A DNA stretch of 64,000 nucleotides from assembly GCA_964522405.1 (NCBI GenBank), contig CAZFTR010000004.1, forward strand, positions 22,349 to 86,348, read 5' to 3'. Below, piece by piece: positions 38,778 to 49,284 of this stretch. The stretch's first letter is position 1, and each line of letters opens with the position of its first letter. The position numbers and the translations under genes are program-made. This stretch comes from an uncultured Gammaproteobacteria bacterium (lineage in GTDB: Bacteria; Patescibacteriota; Patescibacteriia; Magasanikbacterales; UBA922). A model generated the notes under the pieces. The model ran no database searches. It worked only from the letters and a program-made list of their open reading frames with translations, and had not been told where the DNA came from.

Positions 38778-39356
38778 CTACTTATCGCTTCGCAAACTAA
38801 GATCATAGACAATCCCTTCTATTTTTCTACTAGCTTGCTTTGCTTGATCAAATTTCGTTCTTAGATATCTGGTTAAATCAAATTCTATGAGCTCGCCAAT
38901 AATTTTCTCTGCCATTTCTGCACATTTTTGTACTGTTTGATGGTCTTTTACAGTTGCTGCTCTTACAGCGTATCTCTGCAGCTCTCCAGGCACGTCACAA
39001 AGCCCAGCCAGATATAACTCTGGAACAATTTCAAAATCTTTTATAGTTCCGATTTTACCTGTTTTAACAAACTGCATCATAAGTACCGCCTCAACATACT
39101 CCTCTACTCCAGCCTTGTATGCACCCTCTTGGGTGATCTCTGGATTTTTCTGATATTTTTTATGAAGTGCTTTGAAAATTCCCAAAGCTTCTTTTATTTT
39201 TAACTCAGCTTCTTTTAGATTTCCCCGATGGATAGCAAAAATCGCTCTTTTGGAGTGATGAAGCGCGTCACCTGATAACTTAATTATATCTCTCCTGATA
39301 AGGGCGTATTGGTGAAGTCCTTTTTTGATTGAACGTAGGTTTTTCTTATCTAGCAT
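38778..39356 (-). CDS. Translin/TRAX family protein
   Basis: R..IIK.S.......KRAIF..HR, EEYVEA, YLAGLCDVPGEL.R.A, LR.K.D motifs of translin family. Confidence 0.85.
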   Translation of the reverse strand: MLDKKNLRSIKKGLHQYALIRRDIIKLSGDALHHSKRAIFAIHRGNLKEAELKIKEALGIFKALHKKYQKNPEITQEGAYKAGVEEYVEAVLMMQFVKTGKIGTIKDFEIVPELYLAGLCDVPGELQRYAVRAATVKDHQTVQKCAEMAEKIIGELIEFDLTRYLRTKFDQAKQASRKIEGIVYDLSLRSDK

Positions 39357-39379
39357 AGATTCTTAATAATAATTTTAAA

Positions 39380-42052
39380 TTAAACTATTTTGCGCTCTTT
39401 GACAATAAAAATACCCTTTACAATTTCTATCAAGGTGATATTTAAAAGACCAAACAGCAATAGGACTAACCAATAATTAATTGACAATGGCACAGTTCGC
39501 AGCAAAGTCTGTAAAATAGGTAAATGCACAGCACCTATAAGCAGAAGCCACCCAAATAATAATGAATAGTTAAGATACTTATTTCCAAACAGATTCATTT
39601 GCCAAATATGATACCTCATACTTCTAACTGAGTAGATGTAGAGTAATGAATCAATACCAAGTCCCACAAAAATAATTGTTCTAGTTAACTCAATATTGCC
39701 GGTTGTCTTGTAAAAATAAATAAATAATCCCAGCAAAACAATATTTGAAACTATGGTGATAATTGCAATCATATACTTCATTTCTTTATCAATAATCGGC
39801 TCGTTTTTCTTTCTTGGGTTTTTTTTCATATTTTCTTTTTCACTCTCATCAAATGCTAGCGCCATATTTGGAAAAGCATCTTCAACAATATTTACCCATA
39901 AAATTTGAGCCGGTAAAACTGCCAGTGGCATGCCCAGTACAAGACTTGCAGCAATCAGTATAACCTCTGCAAAACTCCCTGAAAGCAGATACAAAACAAC
40001 CTTTTTGATATTTTGATAAATTCCCCTACCCTCTTCTACTGAAGAAACAATAGTACTATAGGCATTGTTCATAAGAACTATATCAGCTGACTCCTTGGCA
40101 ACATCTGTTCCAGAACCAAGAGCAACGCCAATATCTGCGGCCTTGATAGCTGGAGCATCGTTTACTCCATCTCCTGTCATGGCCACCACATCACCATTTG
40201 CCTGAAAAGCCCTAACAATACGAATTTTATGAACCGGATCAACCCGAGCAAAAATACTTACATTCTTAACAGCAGAACGCAATTCAACATCGCTCATATG
40301 TTCAAGCTGCTGCCCATCAAAAATATTGTTAATATTATGAGATAAACCAATCTGCTTGGCAATTGATTGAGCTGTTTTGACATGATCTCCAGTAATCATT
40401 ACTGTCTTGATTCCAGCAGTATGAGCAAGAGAAATAGTTTGACTAACCTCAGCGCGAATTGGATCAGAAAGAGCAGCCAAACCAACAAAAACCAAATTTT
40501 CTATTTGATTATCACTTAATTTATCCTGTTTTTTGGCAGACTGTTTATAAGCAAGAGCAATAACCCGAAGTCCTTTTTCAGTTAATTTCCTGTGCTTTTC
40601 TTCAAAAAAACCAATTTGCTTAGCTGTCATTTTCTGAGCTTTTCCATCTTTCTCAAAAAAACCAGATTTGGAAAGCAAAATTTCAGGTGCACCCTTTATA
40701 TAAGTTATATATTCATGATCTATATTTTCAAGTTTAGCAATGTACTTTCTTTCACTGGAAAAAGGAATTTCATCAATTTTTTTCATTGAAGACTCAAGTG
40801 ATTCCTTGGTGTAGCCAATATTCAATCCAGCATAGAGAAATGCACTATCAGTACTGTCTCCGACAAATTCAATATGGGCGCGTTGATCATTTGCTGGCAA
40901 ACTAACAGCATCATTTGCTATGACACCGATTTTAATAGCAAAAACTGCATCTTCATGCTTTCCAGGCTTTTCAGCACTTAAGCTCTTAATTTTATCAAAG
41001 TCCAAATGATCATTTTCAGTAATTATCTGGGTAACTCTCATTTTTCCTTCGGTAATAGTCCCGGTTTTGTCTGTACAAATAACATTTACTGATCCAAGAG
41101 TTTCAGCTGCTACCAACCTACGCACAAGTGCCTTTCGTTTGAGAATATTTCTCATACCAACAGCCAAAATAACAGTCAAAGTAATTGCCATACCCTCAGG
41201 AATAGCAGCAACAGCAAGAACAACAGCAATTTCAAACATTTCTACGACACTATGATGAATTTTGGTTGTAAAAATTCCAAATAAAAAAATAAGGGAAGAA
41301 ATAGAAACAACAATAATTGCAATATACTTACTCAATCTTCCCAGTTGAATCTGCAAAGGCGTCTTATCTTCTTTGGTTTCTTTTACAAGAGAGGCAATTT
41401 TGCCAATTTGAGTTTTACTACCAGTTTCAGTTACCACAATTACTGCTCGTCCATTTAGGATTATAGTTCCTCGGTGGAGCATATTTTTGCGATCAGCCAT
41501 GTTAGTTTTCTCAGCAATCTTGTTTTTGTGCTTTGAAACCGGCTCAGACTCACCAGTTAGTGAAGACTCATCCACCTCACAATCAACAGCCTCAATAATT
41601 CGTCCATCAGCCTGTATTTTATCCCCTGCCTCAAGAATTAGAATATCTCCTTGGACAACAAGCTTACTACTTATATATTCTTTTTTTCCGGCTCGAAGCA
41701 CCAGAGCCTTACTCTCAATCATCTGATGTAATTTTTTTAGAGATTCATTTGCCTTGTCTTCTTGTATAAACCCGACAACCGTATTCATAGCAACAGTTAT
41801 GAAAATAACTGTCATATCCAAAACCTCTCCCACTAAACCGCTAACAACTCCGGCAATCAGAAGAATAAGAATAAGCGGACTGGTAAATTGGTCAAAGAAA
41901 ATCTTGACTCTACTACTTATTTCTCCAGAGCTGGGCAGAGTATTGGGTCCAAAAAAATTAAGCCTTTTTTCAGCGGCTTTGTCAGAAAGTCCATCCTTGG
42001 AACTATTTACCTCCTCGAGAACCTGTGATATACTTTTTGAGTAAAAATCCAT
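39380..42052 (-). CDS. P-type ATPase, type II (Ca2+/cation transporting)
   Basis: LTGES, AAIPEG, ICTDKTGT, KGAPE, MITGD, TGDGVNDAPA; start at ATG 42052. Confidence 0.93.
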   Translation of the reverse strand: MDFYSKSISQVLEEVNSSKDGLSDKAAEKRLNFFGPNTLPSSGEISSRVKIFFDQFTSPLILILLIAGVVSGLVGEVLDMTVIFITVAMNTVVGFIQEDKANESLKKLHQMIESKALVLRAGKKEYISSKLVVQGDILILEAGDKIQADGRIIEAVDCEVDESSLTGESEPVSKHKNKIAEKTNMADRKNMLHRGTIILNGRAVIVVTETGSKTQIGKIASLVKETKEDKTPLQIQLGRLSKYIAIIVVSISSLIFLFGIFTTKIHHSVVEMFEIAVVLAVAAIPEGMAITLTVILAVGMRNILKRKALVRRLVAAETLGSVNVICTDKTGTITEGKMRVTQIITENDHLDFDKIKSLSAEKPGKHEDAVFAIKIGVIANDAVSLPANDQRAHIEFVGDSTDSAFLYAGLNIGYTKESLESSMKKIDEIPFSSERKYIAKLENIDHEYITYIKGAPEILLSKSGFFEKDGKAQKMTAKQIGFFEEKHRKLTEKGLRVIALAYKQSAKKQDKLSDNQIENLVFVGLAALSDPIRAEVSQTISLAHTAGIKTVMITGDHVKTAQSIAKQIGLSHNINNIFDGQQLEHMSDVELRSAVKNVSIFARVDPVHKIRIVRAFQANGDVVAMTGDGVNDAPAIKAADIGVALGSGTDVAKESADIVLMNNAYSTIVSSVEEGRGIYQNIKKVVLYLLSGSFAEVILIAASLVLGMPLAVLPAQILWVNIVEDAFPNMALAFDESEKENMKKNPRKKNEPIIDKEMKYMIAIITIVSNIVLLGLFIYFYKTTGNIELTRTIIFVGLGIDSLLYIYSVRSMRYHIWQMNLFGNKYLNYSLLFGWLLLIGAVHLPILQTLLRTVPLSINYWLVLLLFGLLNITLIEIVKGIFIVKERKIV

Positions 42053-42069
42053 AAAATATGTACAAAATC

Positions 42070-42098
42070 TTGACATTTAATGGATTATAGTATATCAT
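42070..42098 (+). promoter_or_regulatory. tRNA promoter
   Basis: TTGACA-17 nt-TATCAT. Confidence 0.65.
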
Positions 42099-42121
42099 AT
42101 TGCTTACTTACTATAAACAGC

Positions 42122-42194
42122 GGTCCGGTAGCTCAGCTGGTAGAGCAGCAGCCTTTTAAGCTGATGGTCGTGGGTTCGAGCCCCACCCGGATCA
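42122..42194 (+). tRNA. tRNA-Lys(TTT), CCA not encoded
   Basis: Acceptor GGTCCGG/CCGGATC, D-arm GCTCAGCTGGTAGAGC, anticodon loop CTTTTAA, T-arm GTGGGTTCGAGCCCCAC. Confidence 0.95.
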
Positions 42195-42200
42195 CATTTT

Positions 42201-42225
42201 AAAACTCTGCATTATGCAGAGTTTT
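42201..42225 (+). terminator. Terminator after tRNA
   Basis: AAAACTCTGCA-tta-TGCAGAGTTTT. Confidence 0.75.
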
Positions 42226-42282
42226 AGATTTTACCATTTAGAGTCGTCAGGCGCCTTTTTGAAATTAACTGCTTATATTTGC

Positions 42283-42507
42283 TTATCTAGACCCTCTCCA
42301 AGGTCGTTCATTTTTTGGATTTGCATTAAATACAATCTCCTCTATCTCTCGCAACTTTTGAGCCACTGCATCATTAGCTTCGGTAGGAAGATTTGCAGAT
42401 GCTTTCATCTTCAATTCAACATAAGCATTCATTACACCTTCGAAATCCCCACCACCTTCTTGAATGGCAGCGACCCTCTCATGATGTGCTTATAATCCTT
42501 CTGACAT
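42283..42507 (-). pseudogene. Small acidic ORF interrupted by an early TAA
   Basis: MSEGL*AHHERVAAIQEGGGDFEGVMNAYVELKMKASANLPTEANDAVAQKLREIEEIVFNANPKNERPWRGSR*; stop at 42492-42490. Confidence 0.45.
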
Positions 42508-42731
42508 ATTTTCAGTTTAAAAATTATAAATAAACCATATCAGATTATGAGTATCATTGCAATAATATTTGATTTTCTACCAATTAGGCAAATTAAGATA
42601 TAAGGCATACGTTGTTTTACTAATATCAAGCTGTTAATACATCCAATCAGTTTTTTATCATGCTCTAAAGTGTTCCAGCCTAATCCCAAATAAATCAGAT
42701 ATCATCGCCCTGCGGGCTACGTCATGGGAGC

Positions 42732-42768
42732 AAAACAAAAATGCACCTAGGGGGCGCATTTTTGTTTT
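42732..42768 (-). terminator. Intrinsic terminator after asparaginase
   Basis: AAAACAAAAATGC-acctaggggc-GCATTTTTGTTTT type hairpin. Confidence 0.7.
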
Positions 42769-42782
42769 AGAATATATATTTA

Positions 42783-43880
42783 CTACCTCAACTCAGTCTC
42801 AATATTAATCTCTCCATGCATATCTTCAAGCATCTTTTGTTTAATATCTTCATATTTTGTCTTTTGAGCAAGTAACCAGGCCATTTTCACAGTCATGGAT
42901 TCAATACTCATATCATGCGCTGGAATTGCCAGGTCATGTTCTCTTAGATATGGACCAGTTACATTTACCTGAAAATTGGAAATACCATTTGGCGCTTGAG
43001 TGGTAACAACAATTGGAATTTTCTTTTTCTTAAGATATTCAAAGGCTGGAAATAAATGCTCACTTGGATCCCCAGCACCAAAAGACCGAAAAATAAAAGC
43101 TTTTATTCCATTGTTTTCCACTAATGACTGAAATAAATCAACTTTCATGCCAGGAAATTCAGTCAAGGAAGCAATACTTTTTGTATCAAAATCTTTTTTC
43201 ACACTTAGTACTCTAGATTGGATTGCCAAAGGCATATATTTTGACAGGTATTCAGTATGTTTTTTGAGTGCTGGCTCATTTATCCTCATAAATCTGCCAA
43301 TATTTCCAAGTGATCCTGTTTGAAAAGCTTTGAAAGGATCATAATCAAAATCTGTCCCCTTCTTTACTCTAGATCCAGTAATAATCTTACTTCCAAACAC
43401 AGCCATTACTCCTTTTATATCATGGTAACCCCAAACAGCCATTCTCAGAGAATTTACAAGATTGGTAACAGAATCAGTTCCAAGATACCCAAGAGGAACT
43501 TGCGCGCCGGTTAAAATTACAGGTTTGTTTATATTCTCAAGAGCAAAAGTAAGAGCTGCAGCAGTGTATCCCATTGTATTTGTTCCGTGCAATACAACAA
43601 AAGAGTCAAATTCATCATACTTACTTTGTATTTCTTCTATCAAAGTAGTCCAATTTTCTGGTTGCATATTTGAGCTGTCAATATTGAGAAGCTCAGAAAT
43701 AGATGCCTCAATTTCAATATTCCAATTTTTCTTAACAATATCTATTGAATTTTCAAGAACAGCCATAAAACTATTTGGATCATGTTTTACATTTTCAGAA
43801 ACATCGCTATGCGCTACATTCCCCGCCACTGTTCCACCTGTGAAAATAACTAGTATTCTCTTCTTAGTGTAAGTTGCCAT
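42783..43880 (-). CDS. L-asparaginase type I-like protein
   Basis: IFTGGTVA, IDSSNM.P, HGTNTM.YTA (HGTDT variant), KPVILTGAQ, FGAGD. Confidence 0.9.
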   Translation of the reverse strand: MATYTKKRILVIFTGGTVAGNVAHSDVSENVKHDPNSFMAVLENSIDIVKKNWNIEIEASISELLNIDSSNMQPENWTTLIEEIQSKYDEFDSFVVLHGTNTMGYTAAALTFALENINKPVILTGAQVPLGYLGTDSVTNLVNSLRMAVWGYHDIKGVMAVFGSKIITGSRVKKGTDFDYDPFKAFQTGSLGNIGRFMRINEPALKKHTEYLSKYMPLAIQSRVLSVKKDFDTKSIASLTEFPGMKVDLFQSLVENNGIKAFIFRSFGAGDPSEHLFPAFEYLKKKKIPIVVTTQAPNGISNFQVNVTGPYLREHDLAIPAHDMSIESMTVKMAWLLAQKTKYEDIKQKMLEDMHGEINIETELR

Positions 43881-44016
43881 AAATTTATATTATTTTATAA
43901 AATTTCAATATTCACACTTACAAACAGTATGAAGCATTGCAATAATTCAGTCAAATCTACCCAAAAAAATACAAATAAGCTATACTTAATACTGTTATTA
44001 AACAAACTAAATTATC

Positions 44017-44973
44017 ATGCTAGTAATCCTCCAATCCTCGCTTTCAATATTTGTATTGATCCTAATCGGGATTATCGCCCAAATAGTCGTCAACAAGAAA
44101 AAAACCAAAACCGAAATAATTCTTTGTAAAATAGGAATTAATTGTCATACCTGGACAGAAGTGCTCAACAAATTTGTACTCTATCTAGCTTTACCTGCTC
44201 TTATCTTCATGAGCCTGTCCAGCATTTCAACAGGCCAATTAATCAGCACAAAAATAATTTTGATAAACGCTGTTATTCTTGCTATTTTTATTCCTGTTCT
44301 GATTCTTGCGAGTAAATTTTTCAAAGCAAAAAAAGATATTGCTAATGCCTATATTTTTGGTGCTTTTTTTGGAAATGTAGCTTATATTGGCTTTCCTTTT
44401 GTAGGGTCGGTAATTCCTGGCTCTGAACCTGAAATCAGTATACTTGTTGCTATTCACGTACTTATTGCCTTTACTATTGGACTTTTTTATCTAGAGCACT
44501 CCAAGAGCTCTCATCATGGTTTTAAGAGTATAATTAAAAAAATAATCATGAATCCGCTTATTGGCGCGGTTCTCTTTGGTCTAATTGCCTTGTTCTTAAA
44601 TATAAATCTTCCACAAATACTTAGTAATGCCTTATCTATGCTAGCGGCTAGCGCCTCCCCTGTTGTTCTCATTGCTCTTGGCATGTTTATTGCTGATAAA
44701 ATCAAATTTGATAAAGAACTTTGGCATGCTGTTGCCATCAGTTCTATGAAATTGATTTTAATGCCGCTTATCTTTATTGTAGTTGCAATTACCCTCAAAC
44801 TAAAAGCTGAGTTTGATATATCAATCCTAGAAGCTGCCATGCCGGTTGCTTTGACCAACTTTGCACTTGCTGAAATTTACCCGATTGATAAAAAAATAAT
44901 TGCTAATTCGATAATAATAAGTACGGTTTTATCCTTGATTACTCTAACAGCTCTTTCTGTTATTCTTATCTAA
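44017..44973 (+). CDS. AEC (auxin efflux carrier) family transporter
   Basis: LN.FV...ALPALIF, GN..YIGFP, NPLI, AMP.A motifs. Confidence 0.88.
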   Translation: MLVILQSSLSIFVLILIGIIAQIVVNKKKTKTEIILCKIGINCHTWTEVLNKFVLYLALPALIFMSLSSISTGQLISTKIILINAVILAIFIPVLILASKFFKAKKDIANAYIFGAFFGNVAYIGFPFVGSVIPGSEPEISILVAIHVLIAFTIGLFYLEHSKSSHHGFKSIIKKIIMNPLIGAVLFGLIALFLNINLPQILSNALSMLAASASPVVLIALGMFIADKIKFDKELWHAVAISSMKLILMPLIFIVVAITLKLKAEFDISILEAAMPVALTNFALAEIYPIDKKIIANSIIISTVLSLITLTALSVILI

Positions 44974-44976
44974 AAT

Positions 44977-45195
44977 ATGAATAATCTCAAACCAGGCATT
45001 TATGAGCATTACAAAGGAAAGCACTATCTGGTAATCTGTATTGCTAACCACAAAGAAACACTTGAGGAACTTGTCATTTATAAGCCGCTATATGAGTGTG
45101 AATTTGAATATTTTGCCCGCCCCCTATCTGAATTTACCGGTCTTGTTGAAATAGACGGAATTGAAAGAAAAAGATTTATCTTTGTTGAAAAATAA
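44977..45195 (+). CDS. DUF1653 family protein
   Basis: GIYEHYKG..Y, H.ET.EELVIY..LY, RP...F, RF. Confidence 0.88.
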   Translation: MNNLKPGIYEHYKGKHYLVICIANHKETLEELVIYKPLYECEFEYFARPLSEFTGLVEIDGIERKRFIFVEK

Positions 45196-45198
45196 TAC

Positions 45199-45864
45199 CT
45201 AGACTTGCAGTTTATAACCTTTTTTGGGAACAGTGTGAATAAGCTTTTTATTGGATTTCTCATCTATCTTCTTTCGCAAATGGCGAATATGGACATCTAC
45301 AGTATTGGTGAAAGGATCAACATGCATATCCCAAACTTTTTCTAATATCATTTCTCTAGAGAGAACAGAACCAACATTTCGCATAAAATATTCAAGCAGT
45401 GCAAATTCCTTGTTTCGAAGTTTGATTTCTATACCATTTCTGGTTACTTTGCATGAACTTGTATCTAGTTTAAGATCTGCTACTTCTAAAATATTGTTAT
45501 AAAGAGGCAAACCTCGCCTATTCAAAGCTTTTAATCTAGCAGCCAACTCAGCAACATCAAAAGGCTTAGTAATATAGTCATCACAAAGCTTGAGAACTTC
45601 CAATTTGTTGTCTATATTGCCTTCAACTGTAGACATAATAATTGGCATAGATTTTTTGTGTACTCTAATTTTCTTAACAACCTCAAGACCTGTCATGCCA
45701 GGCATGTACATATCTACTATTACAGCGTCATATACCCCAATCAGAGCCTGTTTAAGGCCTTTTCCAGGATCTGCGATACTGTCTACTATCATTGACTCTG
45801 CTTCAAGCCCCTTTTTAACAAAATTTCTAATTTCTGCCTGGTCATCGATTATTAATACCTTCAT
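45199..45864 (-). CDS. OmpR-family response regulator (no adjacent kinase)
   Basis: IIDD, D.YMPG.TG, DDYITKPF, winged helix NTVDVHI..LRKKID...IHTV...GY. Confidence 0.92.
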   Translation of the reverse strand: MKVLIIDDQAEIRNFVKKGLEAESMIVDSIADPGKGLKQALIGVYDAVIVDMYMPGMTGLEVVKKIRVHKKSMPIIMSTVEGNIDNKLEVLKLCDDYITKPFDVAELAARLKALNRRGLPLYNNILEVADLKLDTSSCKVTRNGIEIKLRNKEFALLEYFMRNVGSVLSREMILEKVWDMHVDPFTNTVDVHIRHLRKKIDEKSNKKLIHTVPKKGYKLQV

Positions 45865-45993
45865 AAATTCCTTTTTTATTGAATAAATAGTATACTCTAG
45901 CTATACTATTATACATAAAGTATTTTTCAGCTACAATCAAAATATTAAATTTTTCTAAACTCTTGTCTCACAAGCGTTTAAACTTTAAAAAAT

Positions 45994-47499
45994 ATGAATA
46001 AAAATAAACTTCTTCTACTGGCTTCCACTATATTAACCATCTCTTTGCTCTTTGGAACTTCAAATCAAGCGCAGGCTGACAGTAAATATAATGGACTAAT
46101 TTTAAAAGGAGATATTGGTTCAGAAATATATTATGTTGCAACTGATGGTAAAAAATACGTTTTTCCAAATGAGCAGGTTTATTTTTCCTGGTTTCATAGC
46201 TTTTCTGTAGTAAAAACAGTGCCACAAATTGTTGTTGCTGAAATGCTTAATGGTGCAACTCAAGTAACCTTGTTTCCAGGAAACCAATTAGTTCAGTTTG
46301 GAAACAATCCAGAAGTTTATATGGTTAGAAGAAAAGCAACCCTAAGGTGGATACCAGATGAAAAAACTGCAGAAAAATTATCTGGAAAAAACTGGACCAA
46401 GCATATTATCAGGCTACCTGAAAATAATCTTAAATCATACAATATTGGTGAAGTGATTACAGACCCAGCTGAAATAGTTGGTCCATATGTCCTAAGACGA
46501 GCCCAATCAATAAATGATGAACTATCTTCAATGGGTTTTATCAAAAAAACTAAAAAGACTGGAGCTTCAAAATTAATTTTTACGGATAAACCAACTCTTG
46601 AGAGCATAAGTGAAAATCTTTCAGCAAATCTCAACCCATCTTTTTCAAAAGGTATTACCAGCTATACACTTACTGCAAAAAACACTGAAGAATCAATTGA
46701 ATTACTATCAAAAGCAACAAATGAAAATGCAACTATAAAAGTCAACGGAATAAAAGTCCCAAATGTTGCCATAAAATATAAACTAAATGAAGGAAGTAAC
46801 AAATTTACCATCAATGTAACTCTGGATAACGGAGAATCACTTAACTATATAATAAATGTAACCAGATTAAAGGTGGGCGCAATAGACAAATCAACACCTT
46901 CCTTAAGTTCCTTAAAGGAAAACCTAAAAGGAAATTTTTCTCCAGGATTTGCCTCAAATAAATACGAATACTCACTGCAAGCAGCATACAACGAAAGTAT
47001 AGTAGAAATAACTCCTGAGACAGAAGATGATGCTGTAATAACTATAGGCTCATACCAAAACCAAGCCAGATCTATTTATACCTCTCAAAAAGTAGTATCT
47101 GGAAAATCTCTACCAGTAGTAATATATCAGGGAGAAAATAAAATTAGAGTTGATGTAAAAAAAGCCAATGGAAGATCAAGAAATTATGTCATAAATGTCA
47201 ACAAAGTAGAATATGCAACTGCTGAGTATTCTCAGTTAAACTCAATAACGATCACTAATATCAAATCAATGATCCCATCCTTTGACCGAGTATTAACAGA
47301 TTATGAAGTCATAGCCCAAGGATCAGCCACCTCAGTAACTATAAAAGCTGTACCAAGAGATGGTCAATCAAAAGTTACCATAAACGGATCTCTGGGCCAA
47401 GAGAAAACAATCAATATAAAAGACGCAGCCCTAGTCACAATTGAGGTTGAATCAGTAGATGGTTTGAAAAAAATATACTATCTCAATATTTCCAAATAA
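45994..47499 (+). CDS. Secreted surface protein with cadherin-like beta-sandwich repeats
   Basis: Signal peptide; IYYV..DGKKYVFPNE..YFSW unit; three P.F......Y ... G.N...V.V...G....Y.I.V repeats. Confidence 0.75.
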   Translation: MNKNKLLLLASTILTISLLFGTSNQAQADSKYNGLILKGDIGSEIYYVATDGKKYVFPNEQVYFSWFHSFSVVKTVPQIVVAEMLNGATQVTLFPGNQLVQFGNNPEVYMVRRKATLRWIPDEKTAEKLSGKNWTKHIIRLPENNLKSYNIGEVITDPAEIVGPYVLRRAQSINDELSSMGFIKKTKKTGASKLIFTDKPTLESISENLSANLNPSFSKGITSYTLTAKNTEESIELLSKATNENATIKVNGIKVPNVAIKYKLNEGSNKFTINVTLDNGESLNYIINVTRLKVGAIDKSTPSLSSLKENLKGNFSPGFASNKYEYSLQAAYNESIVEITPETEDDAVITIGSYQNQARSIYTSQKVVSGKSLPVVIYQGENKIRVDVKKANGRSRNYVINVNKVEYATAEYSQLNSITITNIKSMIPSFDRVLTDYEVIAQGSATSVTIKAVPRDGQSKVTINGSLGQEKTINIKDAALVTIEVESVDGLKKIYYLNISK

Positions 47500-47511
47500 A
47501 TATTCTTTAAC

Positions 47512-47539
47512 AAAAAATCAGCCTGGTCGGCTGATTTTT
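47512..47539. terminator. Bidirectional terminator
   Basis: AAAAAATCAGCC-tggtc-GGCTGATTTTT. Confidence 0.85.
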
Positions 47540-47551
47540 ATTTTCTTAAAT

Positions 47552-48298
47552 TTATTCAAGTAACAAAAGCGCCAGCATGGCAACAATTCCCAGGATAAAA
47601 GAAATTAGTTGAATAGTAGATCTTGAAACTTTAAGTTCTTTGTGCAATTCCGGAATAAGATCAGCGCTAGCAATATAAATAAAAACACCTGCAGCAAAAG
47701 GAATAAAATAAAATACAAATTTATCAGTCTGATTTGCCAAAATAAAAGCAATCACGACACCTAAAAATGAAGTTAGAGCAGTAATGAAATTCAAAAAAAT
47801 AGCCTTTCTTCTGGAATATCCACCATGGACCAGTACTGCAAAATCACTAATCTCTTGAGGAATCTCATGCATGATAACCGCAAAAGTAGTGGCAATTCCT
47901 ACCGGAATACTTACCATATAGCTAGCTGCTATTATCAAACCATCAATAAAATTATGCACCCCATCCCCAATTAGATTTGTAATAGCAAAAGGATGGACAT
48001 GATGATTACCATGTTCTGAATGATGACAATGATGCCAATGTATAACTTTTTCCACCAGAAACATGACAATAATACCAAGAAGTACAGCAAGGGAAATTTG
48101 CAATGTAAAACCGGATTCTTCTACTGCTTCTGGTAAAAGATGAATAAAACTATCACCAATAAGGGTTCCGGCAGCAAAGCTAACTAGAAAAAAAATGAGA
48201 AGTTTAATTCTTTCTAATTTTAAACTCAAGAGAATTACTCCAGCCAATGAAATAAGACTGACCAGTAAAACACTTAATAATGAATATGTTAATATCAT
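47552..48298 (-). CDS. ZIP family metal transporter
   Basis: HLLPEA, His-rich loop HWHHCHH, HNFIDG, HEIPQE. Confidence 0.92.
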   Translation of the reverse strand: MILTYSLLSVLLVSLISLAGVILLSLKLERIKLLIFFLVSFAAGTLIGDSFIHLLPEAVEESGFTLQISLAVLLGIIVMFLVEKVIHWHHCHHSEHGNHHVHPFAITNLIGDGVHNFIDGLIIAASYMVSIPVGIATTFAVIMHEIPQEISDFAVLVHGGYSRRKAIFLNFITALTSFLGVVIAFILANQTDKFVFYFIPFAAGVFIYIASADLIPELHKELKVSRSTIQLISFILGIVAMLALLLLE

Positions 48299-48358
48299 AA
48301 TTCTTATATTTTATTTATTATGTTAAACATCTTAGCAGATTTAGCTCAAATAAGCAAA

Positions 48359-49177
48359 TTATTTTTTACAAACTGCCAGTAAATCCAGATACATACTTTC
48401 TCTGTACCCTACACTGAAATCATCTAGGCTGTACTTATCCAAAATAGATTTATCAAAATTTTCTGCCTGCAAAGTATTTACCGGACCATGCATTTCTTTA
48501 ATTTTTTTTAATTTAGAAATAAAAACATCAGGAGTAGCTTTTCTGATTTGATTTTTGATATAAATATCAAAAGGCCTCTGATGTACTCGATTTTTTTCAA
48601 TTTTATTGATTTCTTTGCTTCCATAAACACCCATAATGTCAATATCTGAAAATACTTTTTTTAAATCTTTTTTTAATTGTCTAACACTGTACTCCCTGAG
48701 ATGCTCAGGATGCCAAGGCTTTTGCATGGGCAGTAAACGATATTTTCTATTTGGAGTAGTTATCATTAGGATTCCACCAGGTTTTAAAACTCTTTTCAAT
48801 TCGGACAAATAGGCCTTAGTATCTTTGATATGCTCTATAACCTGAAATGAAGTAATAAGATCAAATGATCCACTTTCAAATCTAAGTTTAAAATCCGGAG
48901 TCACCAACTCAAAAGATAAATTTGCTGATTTGAAAGTCTCACTACAATATGCTATTGCATCTTTATTCACATCAACACCAATAACTGATTTTGCTTGTTC
49001 AGAAAGCAAATCAGAACCATAACCACTTCCACAACCAAAATCCAAGACATTCTTTCCTTCTGCCTGCCCGGTTGCATATTGATAAGCTTTTTTTTGTTTT
49101 AGAAAAAGTATATATTCCTCAAGATTCCTCCATTGGTCTTTTTCAGATATCAAACGATTTTGCACTATATTTGCCAT
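48359..49177 (-). CDS. Class I SAM-dependent methyltransferase
   Basis: VLDFGCGSGYG, FD...SFQVIEH, LKPGG...ITTPN. Confidence 0.88.
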   Translation of the reverse strand: MANIVQNRLISEKDQWRNLEEYILFLKQKKAYQYATGQAEGKNVLDFGCGSGYGSDLLSEQAKSVIGVDVNKDAIAYCSETFKSANLSFELVTPDFKLRFESGSFDLITSFQVIEHIKDTKAYLSELKRVLKPGGILMITTPNRKYRLLPMQKPWHPEHLREYSVRQLKKDLKKVFSDIDIMGVYGSKEINKIEKNRVHQRPFDIYIKNQIRKATPDVFISKLKKIKEMHGPVNTLQAENFDKSILDKYSLDDFSVGYRESMYLDLLAVCKK

Positions 49178-49284
49178 AAAATCTTTATATTTAATTCAAC
49201 TGTATTATATCTAAATTAACCAAATTATAAAAGTAAAAAAACCCAGCCCCTAAATAGGAGCTGGGATATTGATAGTAAAATCAA

